DNA of 64,000 bases. Origin: Octopus sinensis (taxonomy: Eukaryota). Positions 41,731 to 56,704 of the stretch are shown here, piece by piece (within the stretch, counting starts at the first letter, position 1; every line of letters starts with the position of its first letter). The DNA is taken from contig NC_043008.1 of the NCBI RefSeq assembly GCF_006345805.1, positions 43,214,001 to 43,278,000 on the forward strand, in the 5' to 3' direction. The position numbers and the translations under genes were made by a program. The notes below the pieces were generated by a model, which saw only the letters and a list, made by a program, of their open reading frames with translations, was not told the DNA's origin and did not search any database.

Positions 41731-41818
41731 CTATCTATCCCTATCTATCTATCTATCTATCTATCCTTCTATCTTCATCTATCTATCTATCTATCTATCT
41801 TATCTATCTATCTATCTG

Positions 41819-41895
<77 letters not shown>
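41570..41895. repeat. (TATC)n microsatellite
   Basis: Directly visible. Confidence 0.97.
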
Positions 41896-42294
41896 TTATT
41901 CATCGGTACTATATATTATTACTTCTAAAGAGTGAGAGAACGAGAGAGAGAAAGAGAGAGCGAGAGGTTTATTCTTGTGTTCTTTGTTTTGGGAAATTTC
42001 GGTTTTTCTTTCCTCTATTCAACATCTCTCACCGATATTTTCAATGCTATCGTCTCCCAATCAATGTTTGCGTATCAATAAATCTGTTGCGTATTTTTTT
42101 AATTTGAATTTTGTTTTTACTAGAAATTCTTTGATATTCAGTTAATATTTATTTTATATAATTGTCTTTTCTCAACAATTCATACTTTTTTCCATCATAC
42201 ATATACACATGTATATACCTATATACATTCAAATATATGGATCTATCTATCAATCTATTTATCTTTCTAATTGCCTACCTGTGTGTCTGTCTGT

Positions 42295-42622
42295 CGGTTT
42301 ATTGGATAACTGGCCCTCCGTCGGTTACGACGTCGAATGTTCCAGTTGATTCGATCAACGGAACAGCTTGCTCGTGAAATTAACGTGCAACTGACTGAGT
42401 AATCCACAGACACATGTACTCTTAAAGTAGTTCTCAGAAAGATTCAGCGTGACACAGAATGCTACATGGCTGGCCCTTTTTGAAATACAGGTACTACACA
42501 GTGGACTGGAGCAACATGAAATAAAGTGTCTTGCTCAAGGACACAACGCGTCGCCGGGAATTGAACGCATGACCTTGTGAACGTGAGCCGAACACCTTAA
42601 CTACTAAGCTACGTGCCTTCAC
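42295..42622 (-). mobile_element. SINE with the family B tail but a different, CORE-like head
   Basis: Tail matches 4290-4445; head reads ...GTTCAATTCCCGG...TTGTGTCCTTGAGCAAGACACTTTAT. Confidence 0.8.
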
Positions 42623-42669
42623 TATCGAATAAATGCGCTATATACACACATGTGTGTGTGCTTGTATGC

Positions 42670-42732
<63 letters not shown>

Positions 42733-42791
42733 TGTATATGCATTTATATATATATCTGACGTACATACATACATACACACACACCCACACA

Positions 42792-42835
<44 letters not shown>

Positions 42836-43989
42836 TATATATACATATATAAATATACATATATATATTACATATATATATATACAATATATATATATGT
42901 GTGGTGTGTGTATGTATGTATGTCATATATATATATAAATACATACACATGTGCATATATATATATATGAGTGTGTGTGTCTGTGTATGTATGTGTGTGT
43001 GTATGTATGTGGATGTACACACGTCAGTCATCTGCACAGCCGTTACCTTGTGGGAGAAGACACTTGCCTCATGTGCCGTGTATGGGATTGAAGCTGAGCT
43101 CGCATGGTTTCGAAGCTGTCGTCTCCACTCCTATCTGCCTACCTACATGATAACCTCAGAAATAGGCGTTCCTCGCTAATAGAGGCCGTTGGGGTGGGGT
43201 CGGGGAGAGCTTCTACCATTAAACCATGTGGTAACGTCGTTTCCTGAGACCAACTTCGTCGGCCTCACAGAAAAAACCTCTTACAGCAAGCAAGCGCCAG
43301 TACACCACAACTACTGCTACTACTACTATCGCCACCGCCACCGCAACTACCACCACACTTACAGCTCCCACTCCACCCCCACAACTTGTAACAACAACAA
43401 CAACAGCAGCAGCGTCAACAACCTATTCTATTCTGCTCTATTCTCTATGTTCGATTATGTTGCATTATATATAATTATGCCTGATGTTCTATTCTATTCT
43501 ATTCTGTTTCACTGTTCTCTCTTGTCTTCTCTTCCATTCTATTCTCTCCTATATAATCTTTTATTCTCTGTTGTTCTATTATAATCTCTCCCATCCTATT
43601 CTATTCGGTTTTATTCAATCCAGTTCGTTTTTGTTGCAAGAAAGAAACTAAATTAATTTTTTTACATTGTGTTGTTGTGATTGTTGTTGCTGTTTTTTTC
43701 TCCGTTATTATTTCTGGTGTTCTTGATTAATTCCTACATGGCTGGAATCGAGTAGGCATGCGCCTAAAGACGTTATAACCGTGACAACCACTTTTCAATT
43801 TAAGTGTATTTGGAGCTGTATTTTCTTATGACTCACTCTTTTTTTTACACAGCTGTGTATGATGAGAGGAAGATTTAGCTGCTATTTCATGCATATTAAG
43901 CCACTGAGCAAATCTCTAGTCAGCTTTGAGGCAGAAGACAGTGAAATGATTGGCTATTCGAGAAAAGGTGCCAAATTGGCGAGAGAGGA

Positions 43990-44290
43990 AGCAATACTCA
44001 CACAGCAGAACTTTATCGGAGGTCTGCATTAACATCACCAGATTATTTCGCCAATGTCAAATGGAAAATACCACACTGTATTCCAAGTATATTTGGAAAC
44101 AGAGAGACAAAGGAGAAAACACAAGTATTTCACTATCAGTATCAGGTAAAGCGCAGATATTTAAGAACAAATCAGAGAGCTGCCGTTTCCGTGCCACAGA
44201 GAACCTTCATATCATCCACCACCACTTCCATAAGCTTAATTTACAAAAGTAATTTACTAATGCTGTCAAACTACCTTTCAAGATAACAAG
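43990..44290 (+). mobile_element. Penelope-like element remnant (C-terminal GIY-YIG region)
   Basis: FRQCQMENTTLYSKYIWKQRDKGENTSISLSVSGKAQIFKNKSESCRFRATENLHII aligns by eye to the PLE pattern EN.T.LSKYIW.LK.K...I.W.I...A..Y......C.LC..EK..I. Confidence 0.7.
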
Positions 44291-44338
44291 GCAAAAATTT
44301 CCATGATATTATCAAAGGAACTTTCTTCAGCATTAATA

Positions 44339-45210
44339 CGAGGTGGTATCAAAAAGGTTCAGGACTTGTTATATTTAATAAAAAATAACATATTTACGTA
44401 AGTTTTAGCATCTTTCCTTTAAAGTAGTCACCTTGCGCAGCAATACTCCGGTCGAAGTGTTCCTGCCACGTTTGGAATTCGGTCAAGAATCCGTTTTCCG
44501 TAAGCGTGTCGCGGACCTTCTGCGATTCACTTTCAATGTCGATAACGGTGTTAAAACGGCGACTTTTGACCTGCATTTTCATCGTGGAGAAGAAGAGATG
44601 GAAGTCGGCAGGTGCTTGACCTGTCGAATAGCGCGGGTGTGGAAGTGACACCATGTTGTTTCTGGTGAGAAGCTCACGAGTGAGGACAGCTTGCTGCCAG
44701 GCTGCATTGTCGTCATGAAGAATCCAATTCTTCCTACTCCACAGATCCGGTCGCTGTAGAACTCTCGATTGACCTTCTGGCAAACGAATTCTCGAAGCAC
44801 AATGCCACATTTCCGTGTTGATGCTCATGGCAGGTCTTCCGGATTCCTCATCATCTTCTAGGGACGTTCTTCCGCTTTTGAAGTACCCGTGCCACTCGAA
44901 TCATTGCCTACATTCCATTGCCTCGTCACCGTAAGCTTGCCAAAGCATGCTCAATGCCTCGGTAGCAGACTTCCAAAGTTTAACACAAATTTTCACATTG
45001 GCTCTTTGTTCCTGTCTATGACAAAACCGCAGACTACAGCATATACGTGGTCACAAAAATACTTTACAACTTGCGAAGTAAACACAGAGACGTCTTTCGG
45101 CACACTGTCTCATCAATGTCACTGCTATCTCTCATTGTGCACGCCACCGTGTGCCGTCATCTGTTGGCGCGCTAGCGAACGAGTCCTGGAACTTTTTGTT
45201 GCCACCTTCG
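44339..45210 (-). mobile_element. Mariner (D,D34D-type) transposon, internally deleted pseudogene with both TIRs and TA duplications
   Basis: WILHDDNA and LPHPRYSTGQAPADFHLFF motifs, C-terminal QGDYF; TIRs about 28 bp at 44339-44366 and 45182-45210; TA at 44337-44338 and 45211-45212. Confidence 0.93.
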
Positions 45211-45799
45211 TATATATTATTTATAAGCTAACTTTCAGATATCTTTAATTCCTAAGCTTTGTATAACAAAATTTGGTTGAGAATATTTCCGTTTCATTTG
45301 ATCAATTCCTGCAAAATTCGATATGTTTTTAGTCACGTGTAGTTGGATAATGTCGCGTACACGTTTACCAGAAATACACTCGAATGTCGTGCTGTGATAC
45401 GTTAATATTCGTGTTTGTGTGATTGATGTTATGCAACATCAAAATTCTATTGTAATGTGCTAAATAGATTTAAATAGATATTTTCAAATATCATTTCTCA
45501 AGTTTTGATAACATTTTTTTCTGCCATTCCGCTTCGAATTTTCAAAAATATCATTACATGCAAAATATTTTCTTGTCATAAAAGATATTTTCCTCAATAT
45601 CAACACACACACGCACACGCATGCGTGTTTGGTGCTTATGTATGTGTGTGCGGGTGTATGTGTGAGTGTATATGTGTGGTTGTGTGACGGCTGGAGAACC
45701 TTTTGGCTTTTGAAGGTTCTCCAGCTGACACACATGTAGTAACTCCAATCTATTGTCTGTTGTTTTTGCTGTTATTGTTGTTGTTGTTGTTGTTGTTGT

Positions 45800-46100
45800 T
45801 GTTAAGCAACAAGACGGATAAGGGTGGTTAGGTGATGGTCTAGGGTTTAGGGGCGGAAGACCCCAGACCGTGGGAAAAGAAAAAAACTTTGGTCGTCTTG
45901 TTGTTGTCGAGGGCTCTTCGTTGACGCCCGACACCACTAGGAGGTTGCCCTGGAAGTCGTTGGAAATGGAGATCTCCAGGTCCAAATTCTTGGACGGCTG
46001 TTGCTGTTGTTGTCGCTGTGGTCGTCGTTGTAGTTGGTTTTGCTTTCGTTACTGTTTAGCTCAGGTTCGTCTTGCTGGTGCAGACCTGTCATCAAAGACA
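45800..46100 (-). repeat. GC-rich cassette, copy 2
   Basis: Inverted homologue of 27236-27515. Confidence 0.9.
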
Positions 46101-46774
46101 TTACAATCGCGAAGAATCCATCTTCTATGGAGACAAGTCTAACTCGGATCACATCATGCGATGTACCCATTCCCTTTCAAGACTGTAGAATGTGATTTTT
46201 AAAATGATTTTCTGTCTTCTTTTCCTGCAGATCAAGATCCTACGTAGATGATTTCGAATCATTTCACCTTTGTAGTGATTCGGTGACGGTAGCGTTGGTG
46301 ATGGTTGAATCTCATTAGATTAATTAAAACCGTAATGATTCTTGGAAATGAATGTCTGCTCTTATGTGACAATTTACTTCTTAAAATGGTTTAAACATGA
46401 TGGCAGCAGTTAATCCCAAGATACCGAACGAAGAACATAGTCAAAGTGAAGAATACTTGTATCTTCTCAATAACCCAACCACACACAGCTCATCTGACCT
46501 AAATTGGTGTAAATTGCTCTAGAAATAATACTGAACTAAATTGCTGTTATTTCAATTTAATTAGCCAGAAGTTACATCCCTTCACCTTCTCCTCCTCCTC
46601 CTCCATCGTTGCCATTCAAATTTCATTTGCTGTGTTAATTATATAAATAGCCTGCCTTCCACAAAGATACTGAAATGGAAAATAAACGAAGAGAAGTCAA
46701 TTTCGCGGGTGAGGTCAGAAGCGAAGAAATCTGAAGAGAAGAAAAGTACACACATACACACACACACATACACA

Positions 46775-46827
<53 letters not shown>

Positions 46828-47943
46828 TTTGTTTTTTTTCTGCTTATGAGTTAAGATAGAATTTGAAGAAAATTGTTTGTGATTAAGTCGAAGTGAAACC
46901 ATTTTTAAGCAATTATTTCCTCTTGAAGTAGCCAAAATAACAGATTTTGTTGTAGATGTTGACTTCATGATAACAACAACACAACAAACAACAACAATAA
47001 CAACAACAACAACAATAATAATAAAAACAACAATAATGATGATGTAACTGCTAAATAACAAGAATATTTGTTGAGTGAATGGAAGCATCTTATTTTTACT
47101 TTGTTATTTTATAAAAAAATTTACACCAATTTCTGATACAAAACTGTCAAAGTTAATAATTTTAATTGGGGTAAAATGGCGGACTTAGTTCATTATTGTT
47201 GCTTTAGTTTTATGAATAAAAGAGACTAATTAACACATTGGAAAGAGACTCACGTCAAACATATTGTTTGTAAGATATGAGTACGCAAGCGTCAGAAGGC
47301 AAATGTGAGCTTGTGAGCTAATGTGCGGGAAATGGCAGCGAAATTTCATCAAATCACATCCTAATGCTTAAAAAGAGAAGGACCGATTGCTTTCTAGATA
47401 TACTAGTTTCCGAAGAGTATGAGGTTCGATAGGGTGGGAGATAATACGTTCGGTTACGTGGAAAGGAATATGTTTCTTAAATGAAAAATATTGGGAACTT
47501 TCATCAGGCGTAGAGGAGTAGGTAACTACGTACCATGGTTTCGTTTGTTAATATTTACGAATGTACATATCTACAAACTTATCAGCGTAGTCTGTCGATT
47601 ACGAAACACAATTTCCAGAACTAGACACAGAATGCGCGCCCGAAAAAGATCATGTATAAAGTTCTGCAATTTACATTTGGGAGTGTCTTTCGAATGTCTT
47701 CATTTTGGTGCACAGAGACCGGAAATAACTCTGCAGTTAATAAATTTCTTGCAATCAAATTTAAAATATCAATGTTCTCTAACCGCTAAATGTAGATTTG
47801 TCAAATTTTTGTAGTTCCTATATATATATTATATATATATTATAGTATATAATAATATATATATATATATATAATATATATCTATATATATATATGTGTG
47901 TGTGTGAATATATACATACGTATATTACATACTTACTCTGTAC

Positions 47944-47983
<40 letters not shown>

Positions 47984-47984
<1 letters not shown>

Positions 47985-48190
47985 TATGTGGGTACAGGAC
48001 GTCACGAAACTTTTACAACAATAAATACGAAGTACGAGTACAGGGAATATGAACGGCTTTTTCGAACAACGAAAGACACAAATGTGTTTGACTTTGTGTT
48101 GTTTGTGTTGTTTTCCATTTTTCATATTCCATGTATTCGTACTTTGTATATTTTGTTGTACACGTTTCATGACGTCCTGTGCCCACATAT
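47984..48190. repeat. Imperfect 70-bp inverted repeat (47984-48053 and 48121-48190) flanked by (AT)n
   Basis: ATATGTGGGTACAGGACGTCACGAAAC... versus the reverse complement ATATGTGGGCACAGGACGTCATGAAAC...; about 80% identity. Confidence 0.85.
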
Positions 48191-48282
48191 TCAAATATAT
48201 ATATATATACGTATAGATGTATGTACATATACGTATGTAGTATTATATATATATATATATGTATGTATGTATATGGATATAT

Positions 48283-48314
<32 letters not shown>

Positions 48315-48335
48315 CTATATATATATATATAATAT

Positions 48336-48382
<47 letters not shown>

Positions 48383-49059
48383 ATGAACTACAGAATTTAT
48401 TTATATTATTATATGATTGAACACCACGCATCCTCTTCAAAGTACGTTTTATGTTCTATCTATCTATCTATCTGTATATATATATATATATATATATACG
48501 TATATATATAATATATATAATATATAATATATGTATGTATATACATATATGTATATGTCTATTCACACACACAAACCACACACACACACCTGTTTGTGAT
48601 TTAGATTATTTGTATATATTGAGCATCTCAGTATATTTGTGTGATGCGGTGTTTATATTTGTCAACGTTCCATTGTTGTGTTTACGTTTGTGAACGTTCC
48701 ATTGTTGTGTTATCCGCCCTCCTGGCTAATGAAGAAGCCATTATTTTCATTATGCTGCTCATTCGTCTCCCTATACTTAATAAGTAGATTATTATTATGA
48801 TTAAAAGGTGTGGTTGTTGTCATGATTATTGTTGTTGATGACGTCAACGACGACGACGATGATAATGTCGGCGGTGGCGGTGGTGATGTTATATGAATAA
48901 AGCAGACGAGATCTCTCCAGCAATGAAGGAATAATGGAACTATCACCGCGATGCCAGACGATAGTTAATAGTTTGTTAATGTGTATGCATGTGTATATAT
49001 ACATATACATATATATATATATAGTATATATATTATATAATATATATATATATATATAT

Positions 49060-49102
<43 letters not shown>

Positions 49103-49110
49103 GTAATATT

Positions 49111-49154
<44 letters not shown>

Positions 49155-49806
49155 ATATATTATATATAATACGTACACGCATATATGAATGTGTATGCAC
49201 GTATTAATGTGTGTCTGTGTGTGGTGTGTGTTTCTTTTGCTTTCACTAATCTTTAATTTTCTTCGTCAGATTGAAAAAATCAAAACATTAGAAGCGAAAG
49301 CAGAAGAGAAATATAGTAATTAGAGCTGAAACTTAATTTCTATAAACAAAGTAGTCTCTTTACAAATATTTTTTTTCTCTCTTTAATGGTTTTCTTTTCA
49401 TTTTTTGTTGTTGTTGATATTTTCGTTTTTAGTTCAAAATGTATATAACTACAGCCATAGAGCTGTATGTCAAAATACTCTCTCGTTTTTAACAAAAGTC
49501 ATTGATTTCAAAAAATTATATATATATATATATATATAAATATGTGTGTGTGTGTGTATGTGTGTGTGTGTGTGTGTATGTGTGTGTGTGTGCTGTGTGT
49601 GTATATATGAATATGCGTGTATATAAGGAGAGAGAAAATTTAAGTTATATACATGTTGCAATCTACGTTTGAAATCAAGATATGACTACACATTTGTACA
49701 TACATTTTGTAATTATACATATATATACACATACGTACCTACTTACACACATATACATGCAAATACTCACTGACACACACATACACACACACACGCACAA
49801 TTACGT

Positions 49807-49877
<71 letters not shown>

Positions 49878-50162
49878 GACACACAGACAGACTGACAGAG
49901 AAAGAGAAAGAATGAAAACATGTAAAGATAGCTTAAAGCTTGTGTAGTACTGAATGCATATTTGGGTCTCTCCGTTTGAACCACTGTCCTCTAATTTAAA
50001 CATCTCATTTTTCCAGGGACTGATTTTCTTCTGATTCGTTTCCATGTGTATTTTTGTTTCATCAGAGATTTACATATTTATCTTTTTATATATTATCCAA
50101 AGAGACAATCGCAGGCTGCAGCCATTTAGAGTGTAGCAAAGCAAATTCTTTGAAAAACTTTA

Positions 50163-50226
<64 letters not shown>

Positions 50227-50229
50227 GTG

Positions 50230-50965
50230 TGCGTGTGTGTGTGTGATTGTGTCTGTGTTTGTCCCTCACCACCACTTAACCGGTATTGGTGTGTTTACGT
50301 CCGCGTAATGAATTGCTGCAGCATAAAAAGACCGGTAGAATACGAACGAGGCTTTTAAAAAATAAGTCCTGGGGTCAATTCATTCAACGAAAAAATTCTT
50401 CAAGGTGGCGCCCCAGCATGGCCGCAGTCTAATGAATGAAACAAGTGTAAGAGATGAAAGATTGAGGGTGCCAAACGTAGAGGGAAGGCTAAATCTCGAA
50501 CCGTTTTAATCAAATGTTGACAAGATCAAAGATTAATAATAATATGTTGATATTTCATTTTACTGAGGGCGAAGAGCTGGCAGAAACGTTAGCACGCCGG
50601 ACGAAATGCTTAGCGGTATTTCGTCTGTCGTTACGTTCTGAGTTCAAATTCCGCCGAGGTCGACTTTGCCTTTCATTCTTTCAAGGTCGATTAAATAAGT
50701 ACCAGTTGCGCACTGGGGTCGATATAATCGACTTTTATCCGTTTGTCTGTCCTCGTTTGTCCCCTCTGTGTTTAGCTCCTTGTGAGTAGTAAATAAATAG
50801 GTATTTCGTCTGCCGTTACGTTCTGAGTTCAATTCCTGACGAGGTCAACTTTGCTTCTAACCCTTTCGAGGTCGATAAATTAAGTACCAGTTGTGTACTG
50901 GGTTCGATCTAATCGATTGGTCCCCTCTCCCAAAATTTCCGGCTTTGTGCTTAGAGTAAAAAAAA
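50230..50965 (+). mobile_element. SINE C tail (about 50230-50455) and a dimeric SINE A (about 50567-50965)
   Basis: The second A unit starts directly after the first tail at AAATAGGTATTTCGTCTG. Confidence 0.85.
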
Positions 50966-52263
50966 GGATATTTCAGTTTATTTTACTGCATTTTCCCGTT
51001 TCAGCTATTTCCATCTGGGAATACGCAACAGATGTACTCTAATAGAAGTTTATAAAGTTTAGAGACCTGAAATTTGAGGGGGAAAATAAAAATAAAGTTT
51101 ATCTGCAACTAAGTAAAGATACAACGCAATTACGAAAGACTTATGATCAACATAGGATGGAAGGGCAGGAGAAGAGCGCTTTGAGAGTAGGGGGTAGACG
51201 GGTGTCTTCGATATTATCAAAGACATAAGTAGGTCGAAGTGGACTTCAGTGGGTCACGTGACAAGAAAGACAGAAAGACAGATAAACCACAGGTTGGACC
51301 TGAAGGTAGTGTAAAGGAAAACCGTAGTCATCGAATAACTCCAGAGTAACATTGTGATGAGAAGCACGGGTCTAGAGCAAGTGGCATAAGCCTAGAAAGA
51401 ATTTGCCCAATAAAGGAAACAGTGCCATTTCTCAAACCAAAGTTGAACAAGAATCAGCTCTTTCCAAAGAAATATTTGCTTCTATTTCTAGTTCATTGTT
51501 ATTTTATTATTATTGTATTTGTTTTTATTTTTTAAATAATTTTCTTTTAAGTCTGTGAATCAGTTTTTCAATTAATTTTACGCTGAAATTCTTTGATTAC
51601 ATCCAGAGTGAGATGCGTGATGCCTGCTATTTCCAAAAGAATCTAAGCAATTGGCTAGTGGCCAAGACAACTGGCAAGAATGCTATAAATAGCAGCCAAT
51701 TATCCCTCCACTAATTTTCTATCACGTAAAAGAAAATAAGATAGGAGACATTGGACAATGTAACCCTAGACACATTATGTTTGAATGAAAGACGGAATGG
51801 TCACGGGAGGATTAATCAATCGCAACCAAAATGATCGTTGACCCTGGCAATCAATAACAACACAAAGTGATTCCAACTCAAAAGATATTAAAAAAATCTA
51901 AAAAATAATACAAAGAACAAAGGGAGATTGGTGAAGAATTTATTCTTTCTGCAGTTCCGCCTTTGGTTCTCTGATAATCTGGTTCCTTAGAACTCTGAGA
52001 GAGGTCAGTACCTGATATACGAAAGATTGATCCGTTCTTTCATCTGGAACACTTATTCTCGTATAGCGTCAATTGCATGCGTGTTTATGTATGTGTATGC
52101 GTGTGAGTCTGCTAGAAAGAAAGAGGGAAAATAGGTTAGAAGAGAGAGAGAGCGGGGTAAGTGAGGGAGAATGAGAGAACGAGAAATAGTGTGAGCGGTT
52201 ATGTATGTGTGTATGTGTGTGTGTTTATATACACACACATACACACATATATATGTATATATA

Positions 52264-52345
52264 GAGGCGCAAAGATCCAGTGGTTAGGGCAGCGGACACG
52301 TGGTCGTAAGATCGCGGTTTCGATTCCCAGATCGGGCGATGCGAG
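52264..52345 (+). mobile_element. SINE family B, head only
   Basis: GGCGCA..GATCCAGTGGTTAGGGCAGCGGAC...GGTTTCGATTCCCAGA. Confidence 0.8.
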
Positions 52346-53694
52346 TATTTGTTTATTGTCATTAGTGGGTTTCGAACTCAGTAAACCAATGAAACACAAT
52401 TCTACTTAGAGATTCTGGCAGCCCTCAACTGGTTTCGATCAATCAACCGTTCTTCTATTTCTAACATAAGACAATAACAAAACCCTTAATTGTGAAATAT
52501 TTTGAACAGAACATGAAGTAGAAAATATATTTCGGTTATTTGTAGCAGTTCAAATTTAGATGTTATCACTTTTGCGATTCGAGTTAAATTTTTGGTAGGG
52601 CGAGCCTTGACTTATAAATCATTAAAAAAAAAAAAATCATTTTTTTTCTCATGTAAACCAAAGAATAGAAATATTTAAAAAACCCGAATTCTATAAAATA
52701 GCTTCTTTATTTTTAGAAAATTATTTAACTTGTTATAATTTTGGTTCTTAAAAGTGAAAATCCCTTAATTAGTTTTCAATTCCTTTCAATTTTGCATCTT
52801 ATTCTTTCATAGATTTCTTTTTCCAGAATTTTTATATTCTTTTCAATTTTTCAATGATAAAGAATGGACATTTATTAGTTCTATTGCACAGAATAATTAT
52901 AAAATATATTCCCTCAAACTACGAACTTCTTATATTCCAACCGTTTCTCTCCGACTAAACTACAGCGGCAGAGTCGTAGTATATTCTCCAACACAATTCT
53001 TCATTTATTTCTTCCATTCCTATATTTTCGTTTTCATTAATCATCCTTTCATTTCACGACGAAAGGAAATTTATTCTGTTCTACCTCTTAGAATAATAAC
53101 ACATTTACATGAACATTATGTGTGTGTGTGTATAAATGTATGTATATTTTTAATCGGCTTCAAATATACTCTTATGTATTTCTCCCGTTTGTTACAGCAA
53201 ACCTAAACGTGTTTGCGTATGTGCATCTATACACACATATAACACCCATATTTATTATATATACTTTCAATATACATGCATATATATATACACATATACG
53301 CATATATATTCATATATGTATGCATAATATCTAGTATATAAATACTGTCATACATAGATCCATACATACATAATACTTACATGCACGTGTGTGTACATAA
53401 GTGTGTACGTGTGTGGTGTGTGTGTTTGTATGTATGTATCATATTAGATATAATTTCTCCCCAGGTTTCCCTCAGATACACGACACGCTGCATCTGATAT
53501 TACAAGATGTTCTTGCCTGAAGATATATTACAGAAACTGTCCTACCAATCAATGGCGCATAATAATTATTTCCTTTTCGGTCATCAGCAAATTAGTAGCC
53601 ATAACAATGTTGTGCTGGTTGTTTAGCCTCAGGACACTCTTAGTGGAACAGACCTATCATCAATGACTTCCCACGGATTCTTGCTCCATCTATA

Positions 53695-53947
53695 TTCATG
53701 TATGTATATATATGTATGTATATACATGTGTATGTATGTATGTATGTATGTATGTATGTTGGTATGTATGTATGTACGTATGTATGTTTGTATGTATGAA
53801 TGAATGAATGTATGTATGTATGTATGTATGTATGTATGATGTATGTATGTATGTATGTATGTATGTATGTATATATGTATGATGTATGTATGTATGTATG
53901 TATGTATGTATGTATGTATGTATGTATGTATGTATGTATGTATGTAT
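53695..53947. repeat. (TATG)n microsatellite
   Basis: Directly visible. Confidence 0.97.
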
Positions 53948-54491
53948 AGAAAACTGCATTATCTAATGGATCTTTCTGTTTTAAGTCAAAAGACAGAGAG
54001 AGAGTTGAACGAGACTTGCCTCTTATTTCTAACAGATCAGGCGATCATTTGAGGAGTACCATTTTGATGGTACTCCCTAACTATTCTTTCGACCATATTA
54101 TAAGCTTGCTATTTTCAGTTCAAATGATCTCATTGAGAAAGCAACTTAAGTAATGTTATTTAGCTCCATGTTTCAGAAAAGAGAAGAAGCGTAACAAAAT
54201 CTAACACCAATATTCATTTGGTAAAATTACAGTGGTTCATCAAATAATCGCTTATATTAGGTTGAATCTTCGATTTGTAGTCACCAGTATCAACATAATG
54301 CCCGGAACTAAATTATTCCGGTGTTTAATATTATTGTGTTTATAATAAGAGGGAATAGAATTGTTGTAAAAGGGTGTTGGAAAAAGTTTTATAAGGGTAG
54401 CTATTTTTATTGAAAATGGCTGACTGATGGAAACATCGAGTATGCTCTGACTGACTGAAAATACCAACGTTTAGTACATCTTGTTGAAAAT

Positions 54492-54549
<58 letters not shown>

Positions 54550-54554
54550 ATATA

Positions 54555-54840
54555 TATTAATTATAATAAAGTGTTAATTGCAACAAGTTGCTCAAAACCA
54601 CATACCGAAAATATTAGAAATGGCAGCCAAATAGGTCACCATTTCTCCTACTAGTAAAAATAGGCTGTGATTTCGTTATTTTCTTTCTCTTTGCCATATA
54701 CGGGTTGCAAATTATGATTGTTTGTGGAGACTTTTTTTTACTAGTAGGAGAAATGGTGACCTATTTGGCTGCCATTTCTAATATTTTCGGTATGTGGTTT
54801 TGAGCAACTTGTTGCAATTAACCATTTATTATAATTAATA
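54555..54840. repeat. Near-perfect 106-bp inverted repeat (54555-54660 and 54735-54840) with a 74-bp spacer
   Basis: 104/106 matches; the only difference is an adjacent GT/TG swap. Confidence 0.95.
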
Positions 54841-54948
54841 TAATCCTTACCAAATATGATCTTTTCCATACCGATAAATCTACTAGGTGAAATTTATTAA
54901 TTCTATTAAATTAATTATATTCACCGTTTTTGTATATATATATAATAT

Positions 54949-55012
<64 letters not shown>

Positions 55013-55070
55013 CAGATAGATAGATAACAAATACATATATATATATATACACACATATATACATACACTC

Positions 55071-55117
<47 letters not shown>

Positions 55118-56447
55118 CATATATAAATACAGATATATATGTATACCGATATATATGTATATGTATGCATATATACAGATATATGTATATATGTACGCAT
55201 ATATCTACATATATGCGTATATATGCACATATATATATATAATATATAGACACAGACACACACATGCATACACATATACGCGCGCGCACATACACACACA
55301 CACATGCACACACGTAAACGCACGCACACACACGTAGACACACATAGGTGCAGCTGTGGTCGTGTATTTATGTTTGCTTTGAAGATTTGGTTGCTATTTC
55401 TAGCAGGTTAAAATGACTTTGTATACTCCCACTTGCTTGAATGTGGGAGTATGTATGAGCGCATACGCGTATTTACATGAATAAACGTGTGTTTGTGCAG
55501 GTATATATGAGTGTGTATACATGCGGTTATGTGTGTGTGTGTGTGTGTGTGTGTGTGAGTGTGTGTGTGTGTGTGTGAGTGTGTGTGTGTGTGTGTGAGT
55601 GTGTGTGTGTGTGCTCTTCAAACTAATATTGATGTTGATAAGAACTAAGACACCAAAAATAACGATTTTGTTGTTCTTTTTGCAATGAAGTCTTAAGTAG
55701 TAGTAGTAGTAGTAGTGTAGTAGTAGTAGTAGTAGCAGTAGTAGTAGCTGTTGTTGTTGTCGCAGAGATAACTGGAGAGGCAGGAGCGGGTAGGGACGTG
55801 GAATGGAAGGCTTCTGTCTGAATAAACAGAACTCTAAGACTTGACCTTACCATTCTTCTAGTTGATCTGATTTCATGCTAAATGTTCCAGGAACGGTTTT
55901 TATTGTTGAATTTTACAATAGCAGTTGGCTGGATGCTGCTAGGACAATAAAACACAATTTGTCAGGAAGAATACGTGTGTTCATATTACATTAAATAGAT
56001 TTAGAAAAGATATTTCATTGCGGAATGGCTTCTAACCAAAGACATTGTGTCTTTTTAAATTAAAGACAGGCACGAGCTATGATTGAATAAGTTTGTTTTC
56101 TCTCTCTGCGCATGCGTGATTGTGTGCGTCTGGGTATGTGTGCGCCGTTATCTGCGTGTACGTGTGCGTTTTTGAGTGAGGGTTTGTGTTTTTTTGTTGT
56201 TGTGTGTGTGTGTGTGTAAATTGAGATGAGAACGCAAAGGTATTAAAAAAATCATTACTGGTATTAGTGTTGATGTTGGTATTGCTGTGGCTGTACCCAA
56301 CCGTAGGATATCGAGTTCTCATTTTAACTATAATTAAATCTGCGAACGAATTTCTTTTCTAAATTGAAGCAGAGACGAGAAGAGACGCCGTATCAGAGTG
56401 ACAAAACAGAAAGAAAATGAGTTGGTATTCATACAACAAAAACAGCA

Positions 56448-56502
<55 letters not shown>

Positions 56503-56662
56503 TCACTACTACAAGTTGTTGTTTTTGTAGTACCAGCGTTTTCTAATAGAAGCACAAAAGCACAAACTTTCAGAAGTAGTTTAACTTCGGGGTTCCTAAA
56601 CTTCATTTGGTTTTTACAAAGGCTGTCATTTGGCAGAGCCGTCGCATATATATATACATACG

Positions 56663-56702
<40 letters not shown>

Positions 56703-56704
<2 letters not shown>

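Noticed and set aside
51250-51265. GGTCACGTGAC E-box palindrome as a regulatory site
   Set aside because: An isolated short motif, and similar ones occur inside repeats (about 20222); no context for a promoter.
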